This document shows, piece after piece, positions 38,529 through 46,424 of a DNA stretch of 64,000 bases. The notes under the pieces are model-generated. The model did no database searches. It was not told the DNA's origin and saw only the letters and a list, made by a program, of their open reading frames with translations. The stretch's first letter is position 1, and every line of letters starts with the position of its first letter. This DNA comes from Rhodospirillales bacterium (GTDB lineage Bacteria > Pseudomonadota > Alphaproteobacteria > Rhodospirillales > UBA2165), in NCBI GenBank assembly GCA_028345065.1, contig JAOMCN010000002.1, positions 13,044 to 77,043 on the forward strand, written 5' to 3'. The position numbers were made by a program, and so were the translations under genes.

Positions 38529-40214
38529 ATGGCAATTTCTGTTGATACTTCTGGTGGCTGGATGCCGGAGAAAAGTTTACTGGACTCCCAACAAGTGGCT
38601 ATCCTGGATAATCTAATTCGGTGGGCTGAGGAATCCAAAATGCCTGATGACGCCAAATCTCAGACACACTGGATACAAGGTTTTGCCGGATCCGGAAAAA
38701 CTATTTTGCTCATCTATGCCATGCTGCAAACAATAAGGCTTCAACCCGACGCTAAAATCTGTTTTGTGACTTACACCTCAGCCTTAAAGGACTTGGTCCT
38801 TTCTGCCCTGAAACCTGATGGTGATGAAGCTGTAGAAATCATCAGATTCGATCAAATGGCAGAAGCCATCAAATCACAAAATAGGTTTGATTACGTCTTC
38901 GTCGATGAAGTGCAGGATATAAAAAAATCTCACCTAAAATTATTAATAAGGAGTACCAATAGACTTGTTATAGCCGGTGACCCGGACCAAAGTATTTATC
39001 AAAACAGGGTGTCCGAAAAAGAGTTACAAGAAGCACTTAAGGTTCCAGACGATTGCCTTTATGAACTGTCTATACTCTACCGACTGCCCCCGAAGGTTGT
39101 AGCGATTGCCAACACTATACTTCCCGAAACTAAAATGATTTTTGCAGAAAATGGTCGACGAGGAGAACCAGGAACAGCTATCACAACGCATTACACAAAT
39201 AAACAGAAGGAGGCCGAAACCGTCTATAAATACGCAGACGAGTTATCAACTCCCAAGAAGCCTTCTCTAATTCTATTGCCATCACACGGTGGTATTTATG
39301 ACTTTGCTAAATTAGTCTGCAAGTCCAGAGATCTCCCACCCCCACCAGAATCCGTATACAGGGGAATGCGCGATTATTCGGAATTCAACCAAAGTTTGAA
39401 GGATAACGGCCTAAATTTAATGTATTTTGGAAATGATAACGGTGACTTAAATGTCTCGAAAGTTCATGGACAAACTTACATAATGACATACCACAGTGCC
39501 AAGGGTCTCGATTTTCCTCAAGTTTTCCTGCCAGGATTGAACGTCGACCTTACCATTTGGAGGGACAACGAAATAATATCCAAGAGGTTATTTTTTGTAG
39601 GTATTACCAGAACCTCAAAGGATCTCTACATGTCATTTAATTCACATGAACCTCACCGTTACTTAAATGAAGTAGAAAAGTTAACTGGTGGTATGATTGA
39701 ATTTGAAGGAACCTCTGAACCAGAAAAAGCGACGCAAGCCTCCCCTAACCCGGTGGAAGCGCTTATTGGGGAAGTGGTCGAAGATGCAATTTCTGACAAG
39801 ATAGTGGAAGAACTCAAGGACGCAATTGCTGACGAGATAGCAGAAGGACTCGTCAATGGCATTGATGACGATGAAGAGAAGAAAGGGGAAGATGAAATAC
39901 CCTCCTCAACTGGCATAGTTGAACCTACTTCCTCCCCTGAACCGGTAAAAACGAAGGAGGCCCCCCCTGAACCAGTGAAAAAGAAGCAGGCGTCAACTTC
40001 TAAACCAGCGAAAAAGAAGCAAGCGTCACCTTTTAAACCCGTGAAAAAGAAACAGGCGTCTACTTCTAAACCCGTGAAAAAGAAACAGGCGTCTACTTCT
40101 AAACCTGTGAAAAAGAAACAGGCGTCTACTTCTAAACCCGTGGAAACGAAACAGGCTTCCCCTGAACCAGTGAAAAAGAAGCAGGCTTGGTGGAAACGAC
40201 TTTTCGGAGACTAG
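38529..40214 (+). CDS. UvrD-like SF1 helicase with acidic and Lys-rich low-complexity tail
   Basis: GFAGSGKT, VFVDEVQD, AGDPDQSIY, TYHSAKGLDF, FFVGITR; 3 nt after the dpdD stop. Confidence 0.85.
   Translation: MAISVDTSGGWMPEKSLLDSQQVAILDNLIRWAEESKMPDDAKSQTHWIQGFAGSGKTILLIYAMLQTIRLQPDAKICFVTYTSALKDLVLSALKPDGDEAVEIIRFDQMAEAIKSQNRFDYVFVDEVQDIKKSHLKLLIRSTNRLVIAGDPDQSIYQNRVSEKELQEALKVPDDCLYELSILYRLPPKVVAIANTILPETKMIFAENGRRGEPGTAITTHYTNKQKEAETVYKYADELSTPKKPSLILLPSHGGIYDFAKLVCKSRDLPPPPESVYRGMRDYSEFNQSLKDNGLNLMYFGNDNGDLNVSKVHGQTYIMTYHSAKGLDFPQVFLPGLNVDLTIWRDNEIISKRLFFVGITRTSKDLYMSFNSHEPHRYLNEVEKLTGGMIEFEGTSEPEKATQASPNPVEALIGEVVEDAISDKIVEELKDAIADEIAEGLVNGIDDDEEKKGEDEIPSSTGIVEPTSSPEPVKTKEAPPEPVKKKQASTSKPAKKKQASPFKPVKKKQASTSKPVKKKQASTSKPVKKKQASTSKPVETKQASPEPVKKKQAWWKRLFGD
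39936..40187 (+). repeat. 30/33-bp tandem repeats encoding KPVKKKQASTS-like units (~8 copies)
   Basis: aaacccgtgaaaaagaaacaggcgtctacttct near-identical at 40035, 40068 and 40101, with degenerate flanking copies. Confidence 0.9.
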
Positions 40215-40344
40215 TCGGGGGATTTGGAGAAATATTAAGGGGAATAAATAACTGAAATTATTGAGTAACAACTTAAATAAGGCATGAACTACGATAGGAA
40301 CTAACAAAGCCGAGTAAAATTAATAAGATTTATAATTCTAGGTT

Positions 40345-41568
40345 ATGGATATGAAAAAAGGCTTTTACTCCTGTATATCGATCACTGTTTCTGAATGGCA
40401 AACTTGGCAGTTATTTCGGGAACTAAGAACCTCCGCAAATCGCTGGGTAGAAATTCAAATCGATGAACAAGGTAATATAAGTGACGACAGGGCAATTATA
40501 GAATTGTTTAACCGAGGCCCAGACCTAACCCCTGATTTTGAGCAAGATATTCTTATTGTTGTTGCTAAAGTTTTTGATGATCAGATGCAGGAGCGACTAA
40601 CTCATGATACAAACGACATCTACTATTGTGGTATTGATTTAGTAGATTCTGTATTTGCGGTCACGGAACGCAATACTAAACTACTCGAGGTTCGGGGAAT
40701 AAATTTACAAAAACCCTTGTTTGAACAACAGTGGTTAAAGTTCCGTTCCAACGATGATATAAGCAGATCATTAAAAAATGGAAACTACTTTGATATCATC
40801 GAACAGAATGAAGACAATACTAAATCAGTTGGCATTGGAGATCCGGTAAAAGACCAAGTAGCCAATGCTTTGGGGTTTCGATTTTATCCAGATATATCAG
40901 ATAACAATTGGACGCCATCTGCCTTAACTGAGTTATTTAGTTTTCAAAGAAAACTACCCATCTCCGGAGGGGACGACCCCACCCCTACTCACACTGATCT
41001 TGACTACTGTATTGACCTTGGCCTTCTAGCAAGACGACGTTTAGATAAGAAACTCACCAAAAGCTTTCTCGAATATGGTGGATATATTAATTATAAAACT
41101 GTCGATGACTTAGTAGCTTTTGTTTTGGATACAAACGTCGAAGCGATTTTCGATAAAATTCAAGAAGATGAACCGCTAGATTTTATAGTGCGTCCCGAGG
41201 CGCATTTGTTATTTTTGAAGTGGAAGGAAAAGTTTTTTGAAAACTCAAAGATCGAATGGGAAGGTCTAAGAAGCGACGTAAAACGTCTTATCGAAGGCGA
41301 CAAAAACGTGATTTCCCAACAAGCCCTCTTCTTACTCACGTGTTATGGTGGTCCAGCCGCCTTATCAAACCTCCCCAAAGACTTTAAAAAAGAAGTTGGA
41401 CTGGAGACTTCTCCCCCTTTCTCAGAAATTATCGATCCTGTAACACCTTTCCAACTCACTTGGGGCCAAGTTTTCATCGAAAAAAACCAGGATCTACTCG
41501 GGAAAATAACCATATACTTTGCATATGCCGTATTACTTTTGCAGGTCGTTTTGATTTTATTTTTTTAA
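40345..41568 (+). CDS. Hypothetical protein with C-terminal TM anchor
   Basis: 407-aa ORF co-oriented with the dpd operon; ends ITIYFAYAVLLLQVVLILFF. Confidence 0.7.
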   Translation: MDMKKGFYSCISITVSEWQTWQLFRELRTSANRWVEIQIDEQGNISDDRAIIELFNRGPDLTPDFEQDILIVVAKVFDDQMQERLTHDTNDIYYCGIDLVDSVFAVTERNTKLLEVRGINLQKPLFEQQWLKFRSNDDISRSLKNGNYFDIIEQNEDNTKSVGIGDPVKDQVANALGFRFYPDISDNNWTPSALTELFSFQRKLPISGGDDPTPTHTDLDYCIDLGLLARRRLDKKLTKSFLEYGGYINYKTVDDLVAFVLDTNVEAIFDKIQEDEPLDFIVRPEAHLLFLKWKEKFFENSKIEWEGLRSDVKRLIEGDKNVISQQALFLLTCYGGPAALSNLPKDFKKEVGLETSPPFSEIIDPVTPFQLTWGQVFIEKNQDLLGKITIYFAYAVLLLQVVLILFF

Positions 41569-41699
41569 ACTCTCCGTATGCATTAATTACTACAATGACA
41601 TCTGCGAAAACAAATCTCTCTAATATGCTTTTTTGAGAGTATCCACGACCCTAGACATTTGCTGCGATACCTTCCCTTCCTTCATAAGAAGGTTATGCC

Positions 41700-42128
41700 C
41701 TATCGCTTCGAACCAAAAGTGATCTGGGTTTTACCGAGGTTAATGTAAATAGTATTACCTTCATTTCTACAGGTGGGGCATTGGTTTCTACGTTTGAGTA
41801 CAATTAGCTGGCTCTCGCAATTGCCTTGTGCAAATTGATGGGCAAAGGTAACCGCTGTTTGCGGTTTTGTCCCCAGACCACATTTGTAGCATTTTATAGA
41901 CATTTTTGCATTACAGGCATCAAATCTTCGCGCCGTCCAACCTCCCAACCGCCTTCTATAACCTTCGTCCCTTATTTTGTTTCGATCTCTTTGGATCTGC
42001 CTTTCAATACGCCGATCGTCAGCTTCGGTTTGCAACTTTATTCGTTGCTTTCTGGATAAATGATCTCCATTTGATTTTCTGCTCATTTCGAGACCACGCT
42101 GTATGTTACGGGACAGTGTTTTGTACAT
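41700..42128 (-). CDS. Basic hypothetical protein with zinc ribbon
   Basis: CYKC...CPTC; AGGAG RBS. Confidence 0.6.
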   Translation of the reverse strand: MYKTLSRNIQRGLEMSRKSNGDHLSRKQRIKLQTEADDRRIERQIQRDRNKIRDEGYRRRLGGWTARRFDACNAKMSIKCYKCGLGTKPQTAVTFAHQFAQGNCESQLIVLKRRNQCPTCRNEGNTIYINLGKTQITFGSKR

Positions 42129-42189
42129 TTATAAAACTCCTCTTTATGTATTAGAGACGTTACTTTTCTGGAAAACTAATTGGTTCCGG

Positions 42190-42564
42190 TTAGTTCAATG
42201 AATTCAGCCAGATCCACGTGAACTCCCAGTGGCTTAATTCGAAAACCACTAGCGTAATCCCGTCGATGGTTTCAAGAAGCCTCACTCCACCATCATCAGC
42301 GACGGCATCAAAAGCCTGTACTGCCCACAAAGCCTCTCGACCCCATAAATTGGCGGTTTCCTTGAGCAGGATCCCGGCGTTTAATGTATCGCCGTAATTA
42401 TGGACCAATACCCCTTCGTAGAATGCCCGCACGAGAAATTGCTGGACATCCTGTAGGGCTTCGATGGTGTAACCGCGAGCCACTGCTTTTTCGACCTCAC
42501 TATTTGGCAATCCGTAAGTGTCTATTTTTTGGGAAATTAGGTCCTTAGAAATGATTTTGTTCAT
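42190..42564 (-). CDS. Hypothetical protein
   Basis: Likely start MNKIIS after AAGGA, downstream of the terminator hairpin at 42601-42632 (track start 42630). Confidence 0.55.
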   Translation of the reverse strand: MNKIISKDLISQKIDTYGLPNSEVEKAVARGYTIEALQDVQQFLVRAFYEGVLVHNYGDTLNAGILLKETANLWGREALWAVQAFDAVADDGGVRLLETIDGITLVVFELSHWEFTWIWLNSLN

Positions 42565-42600
42565 GCGAGCTTTCCTTTTACAAAAGTTGTGGGAAAATAA

Positions 42601-42632
42601 AAAAAAGTGCCGACCATGAATGACCGGCACTT
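42601..42632 (-). terminator. Intrinsic terminator
   Basis: Stem aagtgccg / cggcactt with an A-run on the plus strand (U-tail on the minus strand). Confidence 0.55.
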
Positions 42633-42740
42633 ACTCATTATCTGCAAACCAGAACCACTTACGTGCTTCCGGCATTTTGTGTAACTAATTATCCTGCTTG
42701 AATTCTTTTTTCCTCATTCAGTGTATTCTCCTTACTGCAT

Positions 42741-42773
42741 AAAAAAAGGCGCTGGTCTTAAACGACCACCGCC
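42741..42773 (-). terminator. Intrinsic terminator ending a putative ncRNA
   Basis: Minus strand GGCGGUGGUC-GUUUAA-GACCAGCGCC-UUUUUUU. Confidence 0.55.
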
Positions 42774-43080
42774 GGCGCACCTCACCCACTTACTTGCTTT
42801 ACGGTGCCAATGGAGTTCACTTTCCCCTACGCAGAGCGCCTCGCCACGAAGACGCAAAAACCCCTAGGCGGGCTAATGCCTATCGTATTAGCAGAAACAT
42901 TGCGCTCTAGTGAGACATATACAGCGAGAAACTCATTTTAGTTGATAGAAAAGCTCGCGTTTCCCAAGGCTGGTTAGCCCTGATCAACAACGCTGTTAAT
43001 ATAATTACATTTGATTGTCGGGGCAACATTTAAATCCTGTCAATTTTACGGCAAAACACTCTTATCGGCCCTTTTCCCGC

Positions 43081-43102
43081 AAAAAAGGGGCCGAAGCCCC
43101 TT
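43081..43102 (-). terminator. Intrinsic terminator with cUUCGg tetraloop
   Basis: Minus strand AAGGGGC-UUCG-GCCCCUU-UUUU, right at the stop of 43101..43466. Confidence 0.8.
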
Positions 43103-43466
43103 AATGACATTTACGAAAACAGATCTCTCGAAGCTTTTCTTCCGGGAAATTGAACGACCCGAAGCACTTCTTTACCAGTTTATTCCCCTTACAGGGATCT
43201 GCCTCATCCAGGTCTTCATAAATTTCATAAATGAACCTTATTTCGACACTTTCCGTCTCCCTGTCGAAGCGGCCGATACACGTGTGGCGGTCGTTATAGT
43301 ATTGATCCCATTTAGATCTATCGGTTATGAACCTCGTTTGTTCGAGCCGGATTTCCCATTCCCACCGTGTTTCAAGGTAATCCCTGTAGACATGGAGAGC
43401 CATCTTCTCAAGAACCTGCCGACCGTCGGCACCGAGTCCTTCTGGGATATTCTCCTGATTTTCCAT
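43101..43466 (-). CDS. Hypothetical protein, tandem paralogue A
   Basis: GGAGGT RBS; MENQENIPEGLGADGRQVLEKMALHVY...FPEEKLREICFRKCH. Confidence 0.7.
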   Translation of the reverse strand: MENQENIPEGLGADGRQVLEKMALHVYRDYLETRWEWEIRLEQTRFITDRSKWDQYYNDRHTCIGRFDRETESVEIRFIYEIYEDLDEADPCKGNKLVKKCFGSFNFPEEKLREICFRKCH

Positions 43467-43555
43467 TAAAAATACACCTCCTCAGGTTTCGTGCGAACGG
43501 GAGACGTCCCCCTGCCCGCATTCAGGGCCCCGGTTGTTGAAAGCCCCCCTCTCCC

Positions 43556-43888
43556 CTAGTGACACTTCTGTAGCCAGAGCTCCTTAATTTTTGCTTCCGG
43601 AAAGACAACTGAGCCGTCATATCTGATATTCCCGGGGTAACGATCACACCCTGGAACCTCAAACATGATTTCAACACTTCCATGTTCCGGGTGCATCCGA
43701 CCGTAATAACAATATTCCTCGTCGGGGTAATGTCGTCCATCAGCACCAAAATGCAGTGGATTGAGTTCTTCCGGGTAGTAAACAATCTCGCTTTCGATCC
43801 ACCACGAGTAAACATAGAGAGCCATTTCCTTGAGAACCCGATGCCCGTTGGGGCCGAGTTCCCGGGGGATATTCTCCCGTTTTTCCAT
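43556..43888 (-). CDS. Hypothetical protein, tandem paralogue B
   Basis: GGAGGT RBS; MEKRENIPRELGPNGHRVLKEMALYVY...FPEAKIKELWLQKCH. Confidence 0.7.
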   Translation of the reverse strand: MEKRENIPRELGPNGHRVLKEMALYVYSWWIESEIVYYPEELNPLHFGADGRHYPDEEYCYYGRMHPEHGSVEIMFEVPGCDRYPGNIRYDGSVVFPEAKIKELWLQKCH

Positions 43889-43983
43889 AAATCAGACACC
43901 TCCAAAGGTATACGCGCGCCCAATTGCGCAACGTTCATAAGAGATGTTTTTAGAGCGAAGGGGGTATCCCCCTTTCCTGAATT

Positions 43984-44535
43984 TTATCCGGGTTCATATT
44001 TGCCTCCGTCATCCTTGACCGGAAAGTTCCTTTTGTACCAGTCCTCCACGCGACCGCTCCCCCAGATGCAATAATATCTGTCCCACGGCTGGCTCGACGC
44101 CACCACCCTTGCTGGCTCCCCCATCTCCCTGAGATGTGCCTGAAGGAGTGATATACTGAGGTCCTTCTGACCTGCACCGCGGCCTGCACAACGGGCGCTT
44201 ATCTGAAGACCCTTGTTGTAAATCTTATGAACAAAGTCCAGTCCCCCGACCTCCCCATTCCGGCCCCTGAGTTTCTCCCCGATATTCAGATCATGAAGAA
44301 GCTTGTACGCTTCCGCGTAGGGACTTCCGCTATCTCCCCAGACCGGAAGACCGTCACGCCAAAGTCCAATCATGTGGGACCATTCTCCAGTGATAACGAC
44401 CAGTTTATAATCAGTCCGAATGGGGGCGTCTATGACCGGCCCCGAACCGGACCCTATGGCGGCGATGTAGCGTTGAAGCGTTGCAGCGGTCACGAGCTGC
44501 CCTGCCCCGACGAGAAACGTACGACGACTTATCAT
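43984..44535 (-). CDS. Hypothetical protein with twin-arginine-like N-terminus
   Basis: MISRRTFLVGAG (SRRxFL); directly downstream of the SAM-V-like leader. Confidence 0.65.
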   Translation of the reverse strand: MISRRTFLVGAGQLVTAATLQRYIAAIGSGSGPVIDAPIRTDYKLVVITGEWSHMIGLWRDGLPVWGDSGSPYAEAYKLLHDLNIGEKLRGRNGEVGGLDFVHKIYNKGLQISARCAGRGAGQKDLSISLLQAHLREMGEPARVVASSQPWDRYYCIWGSGRVEDWYKRNFPVKDDGGKYEPG

Positions 44536-44543
44536 TTAATCTT

Positions 44544-44604
44544 TCCTTCTCTTTAGTGCTTTCGGCTGGATGCCGCGGCGCACAATCTGAAGATCAAATG
44601 CCGT
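44544..44604 (-). ncRNA. SAM-V-like riboswitch
   Basis: ACGGC-AUUUGAUCUUCAGAUUGUGC-GCCG-CGGCAUCCAGCCG-AAA-GCAC-UAAAGAGAAGGA: P1 CGGC/GCCG, pseudoknot GUGC/GCAC, AUUUGA and ACUAAA cores, abutting the SD. Confidence 0.7.
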
Positions 44605-44611
44605 AAATCGG

Positions 44612-44645
44612 AACCTACCTTTTCAATGTGACAAATTTGGTCATA
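44612..44645 (-). promoter_or_regulatory. Copy 3 of GACC-N5-TGTCAC-N10-[-10] motif
   Basis: TATGACC-AAATT-TGTCAC-ATTGAAAAGG-TAGGTT; the predicted +1 (~44604) coincides with the riboswitch start. Confidence 0.6.
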
Positions 44646-44664
44646 CGTAGAGTAATTACCTTAT

Positions 44665-45144
44665 TCATCCTAATCTCTCCTCACTAAGAAAAGTCCCATA
44701 GACCTGCACCCAATCCAGCCTGAGTGACTGACCAATAATAGCGCTGACAAAATTTGCATGTTCAAATTCAACATCGGTTTCCAGAGAAGCCCCCTGCTCG
44801 TCTGTAAATTGAGGTGGAAACACCATCACAGCAGGTATTTCTACATACTCTTCTTCAGGTGACACAAAGAACTTTTCAAATCGCTCTTCGCGACCTCGCC
44901 AGTGTTGATATGTAGGAAAGATTTTGTTGACTTTGAGTTCAGGTCCAACCGCACCTGAGAAAGCATGATCAAAGACGCCTTCTCCATGTAATCCAAGGAG
45001 GATCTCGTCCATGTAAGTACGATAGACTGCAGAAAAACTCAGGTTTTTGTGGTGGGCCGTTTCTTTCAGCATTTCATAGCGATCCCCATCAGGGGCACCG
45101 AAAACAAAAGTAATGTCGCGATATGTTTGAGTAAGCATGGTCAT
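44665..45144 (-). CDS. Hypothetical protein
   Basis: 159-aa ORF with AAGGG RBS. Confidence 0.65.
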   Translation of the reverse strand: MTMLTQTYRDITFVFGAPDGDRYEMLKETAHHKNLSFSAVYRTYMDEILLGLHGEGVFDHAFSGAVGPELKVNKIFPTYQHWRGREERFEKFFVSPEEEYVEIPAVMVFPPQFTDEQGASLETDVEFEHANFVSAIIGQSLRLDWVQVYGTFLSEERLG

Positions 45145-45404
45145 ATTCCCTTTTCAAAATTGCAAAGAACTGCAATCCGCAAAGAGAATGATTGGTATTG
45201 GGAAGGTTTAGAACGTGTGAGGTCGTTACTACACCAGAACGATTAGGTCGTTACTATTCCAATCCAAACATTCGTTTGGGATTAAGTATTATATAGGCCT
45301 GGGTGGGATGAAATTCAACGGCAGTGGTTCGTTGTAGAAGAAGCAAAGCTGTTCATGGTCTGCTATGCTTTTAATGACCTGGCTAAATAAAGGGGAAGTT
45401 AATT

Positions 45405-45614
45405 ATGAGACTGGAATTTGTAGTCGTAATTGGAATTGTTCTACTTATGCATAGTATTTATTGGGCAGGTGCAATTGCCAGTAGAAAAGAACAAGGAGAT
45501 CGTTGGAGTGATTTAAAACTCATGGCCTTCTCCTTTCCGTTGTATACAGTGGCATCCTCAATCCCAACATTCATAGTCGTAGGTTTACTATATTGGTGGC
45601 TTTACGCATTTTAG
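45405..45614 (+). CDS. Small two-TM membrane protein
   Basis: Two hydrophobic segments; AGGGG RBS. Confidence 0.55.
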   Translation: MRLEFVVVIGIVLLMHSIYWAGAIASRKEQGDRWSDLKLMAFSFPLYTVASSIPTFIVVGLLYWWLYAF

Positions 45615-45687
45615 AGGAGAGGTGAAAATGGTTGATTTCCGCAGCAACGTTACGTTGTAATATGTATGAAGGAAGCCGCTCCTGGCT

Positions 45688-46326
45688 TCACATCCGCAGG
45701 AAGATCAGGTGATTATGGTACCAACCTGGATCTTCGGCAGGTTTTTGGTAGGCAACGATTGCTCTTGCTCCAAGAATGACCTTGAGATGCTTTGCAAGCG
45801 ATAAGCCCCGCCCATTAAAGTCATCCCAGTTGATGTCGCCCTCTCTCTCTGAATAACAACCGAGGTTCTCAAATTCCAGCTGCCAGAACGCCAGTTTTTG
45901 TGCAATCTCACGAACTTGCGGCCAATTGGGAAATTTCTCGACGAGGCTCGTGTGACTGTGACCATCGATGGCAAAAGAGCCGCAATCACAACAGACAGAG
46001 ATCTGGATGAATGTAATGTCCTGCCTGGAGTTATCACCGAAGGCTTCTTCCCAGTGATAACCATGCCTACGGAAGACTATTTCTCTCCAGGACGTGGTAA
46101 TTTCTTCGCCGTCAACAACGTAGCGATCAGTGAACCTTGCGATGACGTGGCGACGTCCCTCAAGAATTCCCATCTCCTTTAGGTCTGATTTGCGGAAGCG
46201 GAAAGAACTGTTTTTGTATTTGGGATGTGAAAAGGAATACGGAAGGAGATCCTCACGCGTATCTCCATCCCGGATTTGGATTACATGTCGATAGTCTTTC
46301 GCAACAACAGCGTTAATTTCAGACAA
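45688..46326 (-). CDS. Hypothetical protein
   Basis: AGGAGG RBS before TTG; C-terminal W..FN..G..LA..LK..LG motif. Confidence 0.6.
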   Translation of the reverse strand: MSEINAVVAKDYRHVIQIRDGDTREDLLPYSFSHPKYKNSSFRFRKSDLKEMGILEGRRHVIARFTDRYVVDGEEITTSWREIVFRRHGYHWEEAFGDNSRQDITFIQISVCCDCGSFAIDGHSHTSLVEKFPNWPQVREIAQKLAFWQLEFENLGCYSEREGDINWDDFNGRGLSLAKHLKVILGARAIVAYQKPAEDPGWYHNHLIFLRM

Positions 46327-46424
46327 ATTGACCTCCTACGCACGTAAAGCATCGGCAAAATGCCGACGACGTTCATAGTAGAATCAATGTGTCGATGAAC
46401 TCAGATAGGAATATCCATGCCCCT

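Noticed and set aside
39936-40187. 33-bp repeats as CRISPR or iterons
   Set aside because: They are contiguous, spacerless and in frame within the helicase tail.
42836-42880. GACGCAAA as a c-di-GMP-I riboswitch
   Set aside because: The upstream GGCAAAC/GNRA stem and the P2 receptor are missing.
45210-45256. Short direct repeat agaacg...aggtcgttacta (two copies)
   Set aside because: Only two imperfect copies with no context to assign a function.
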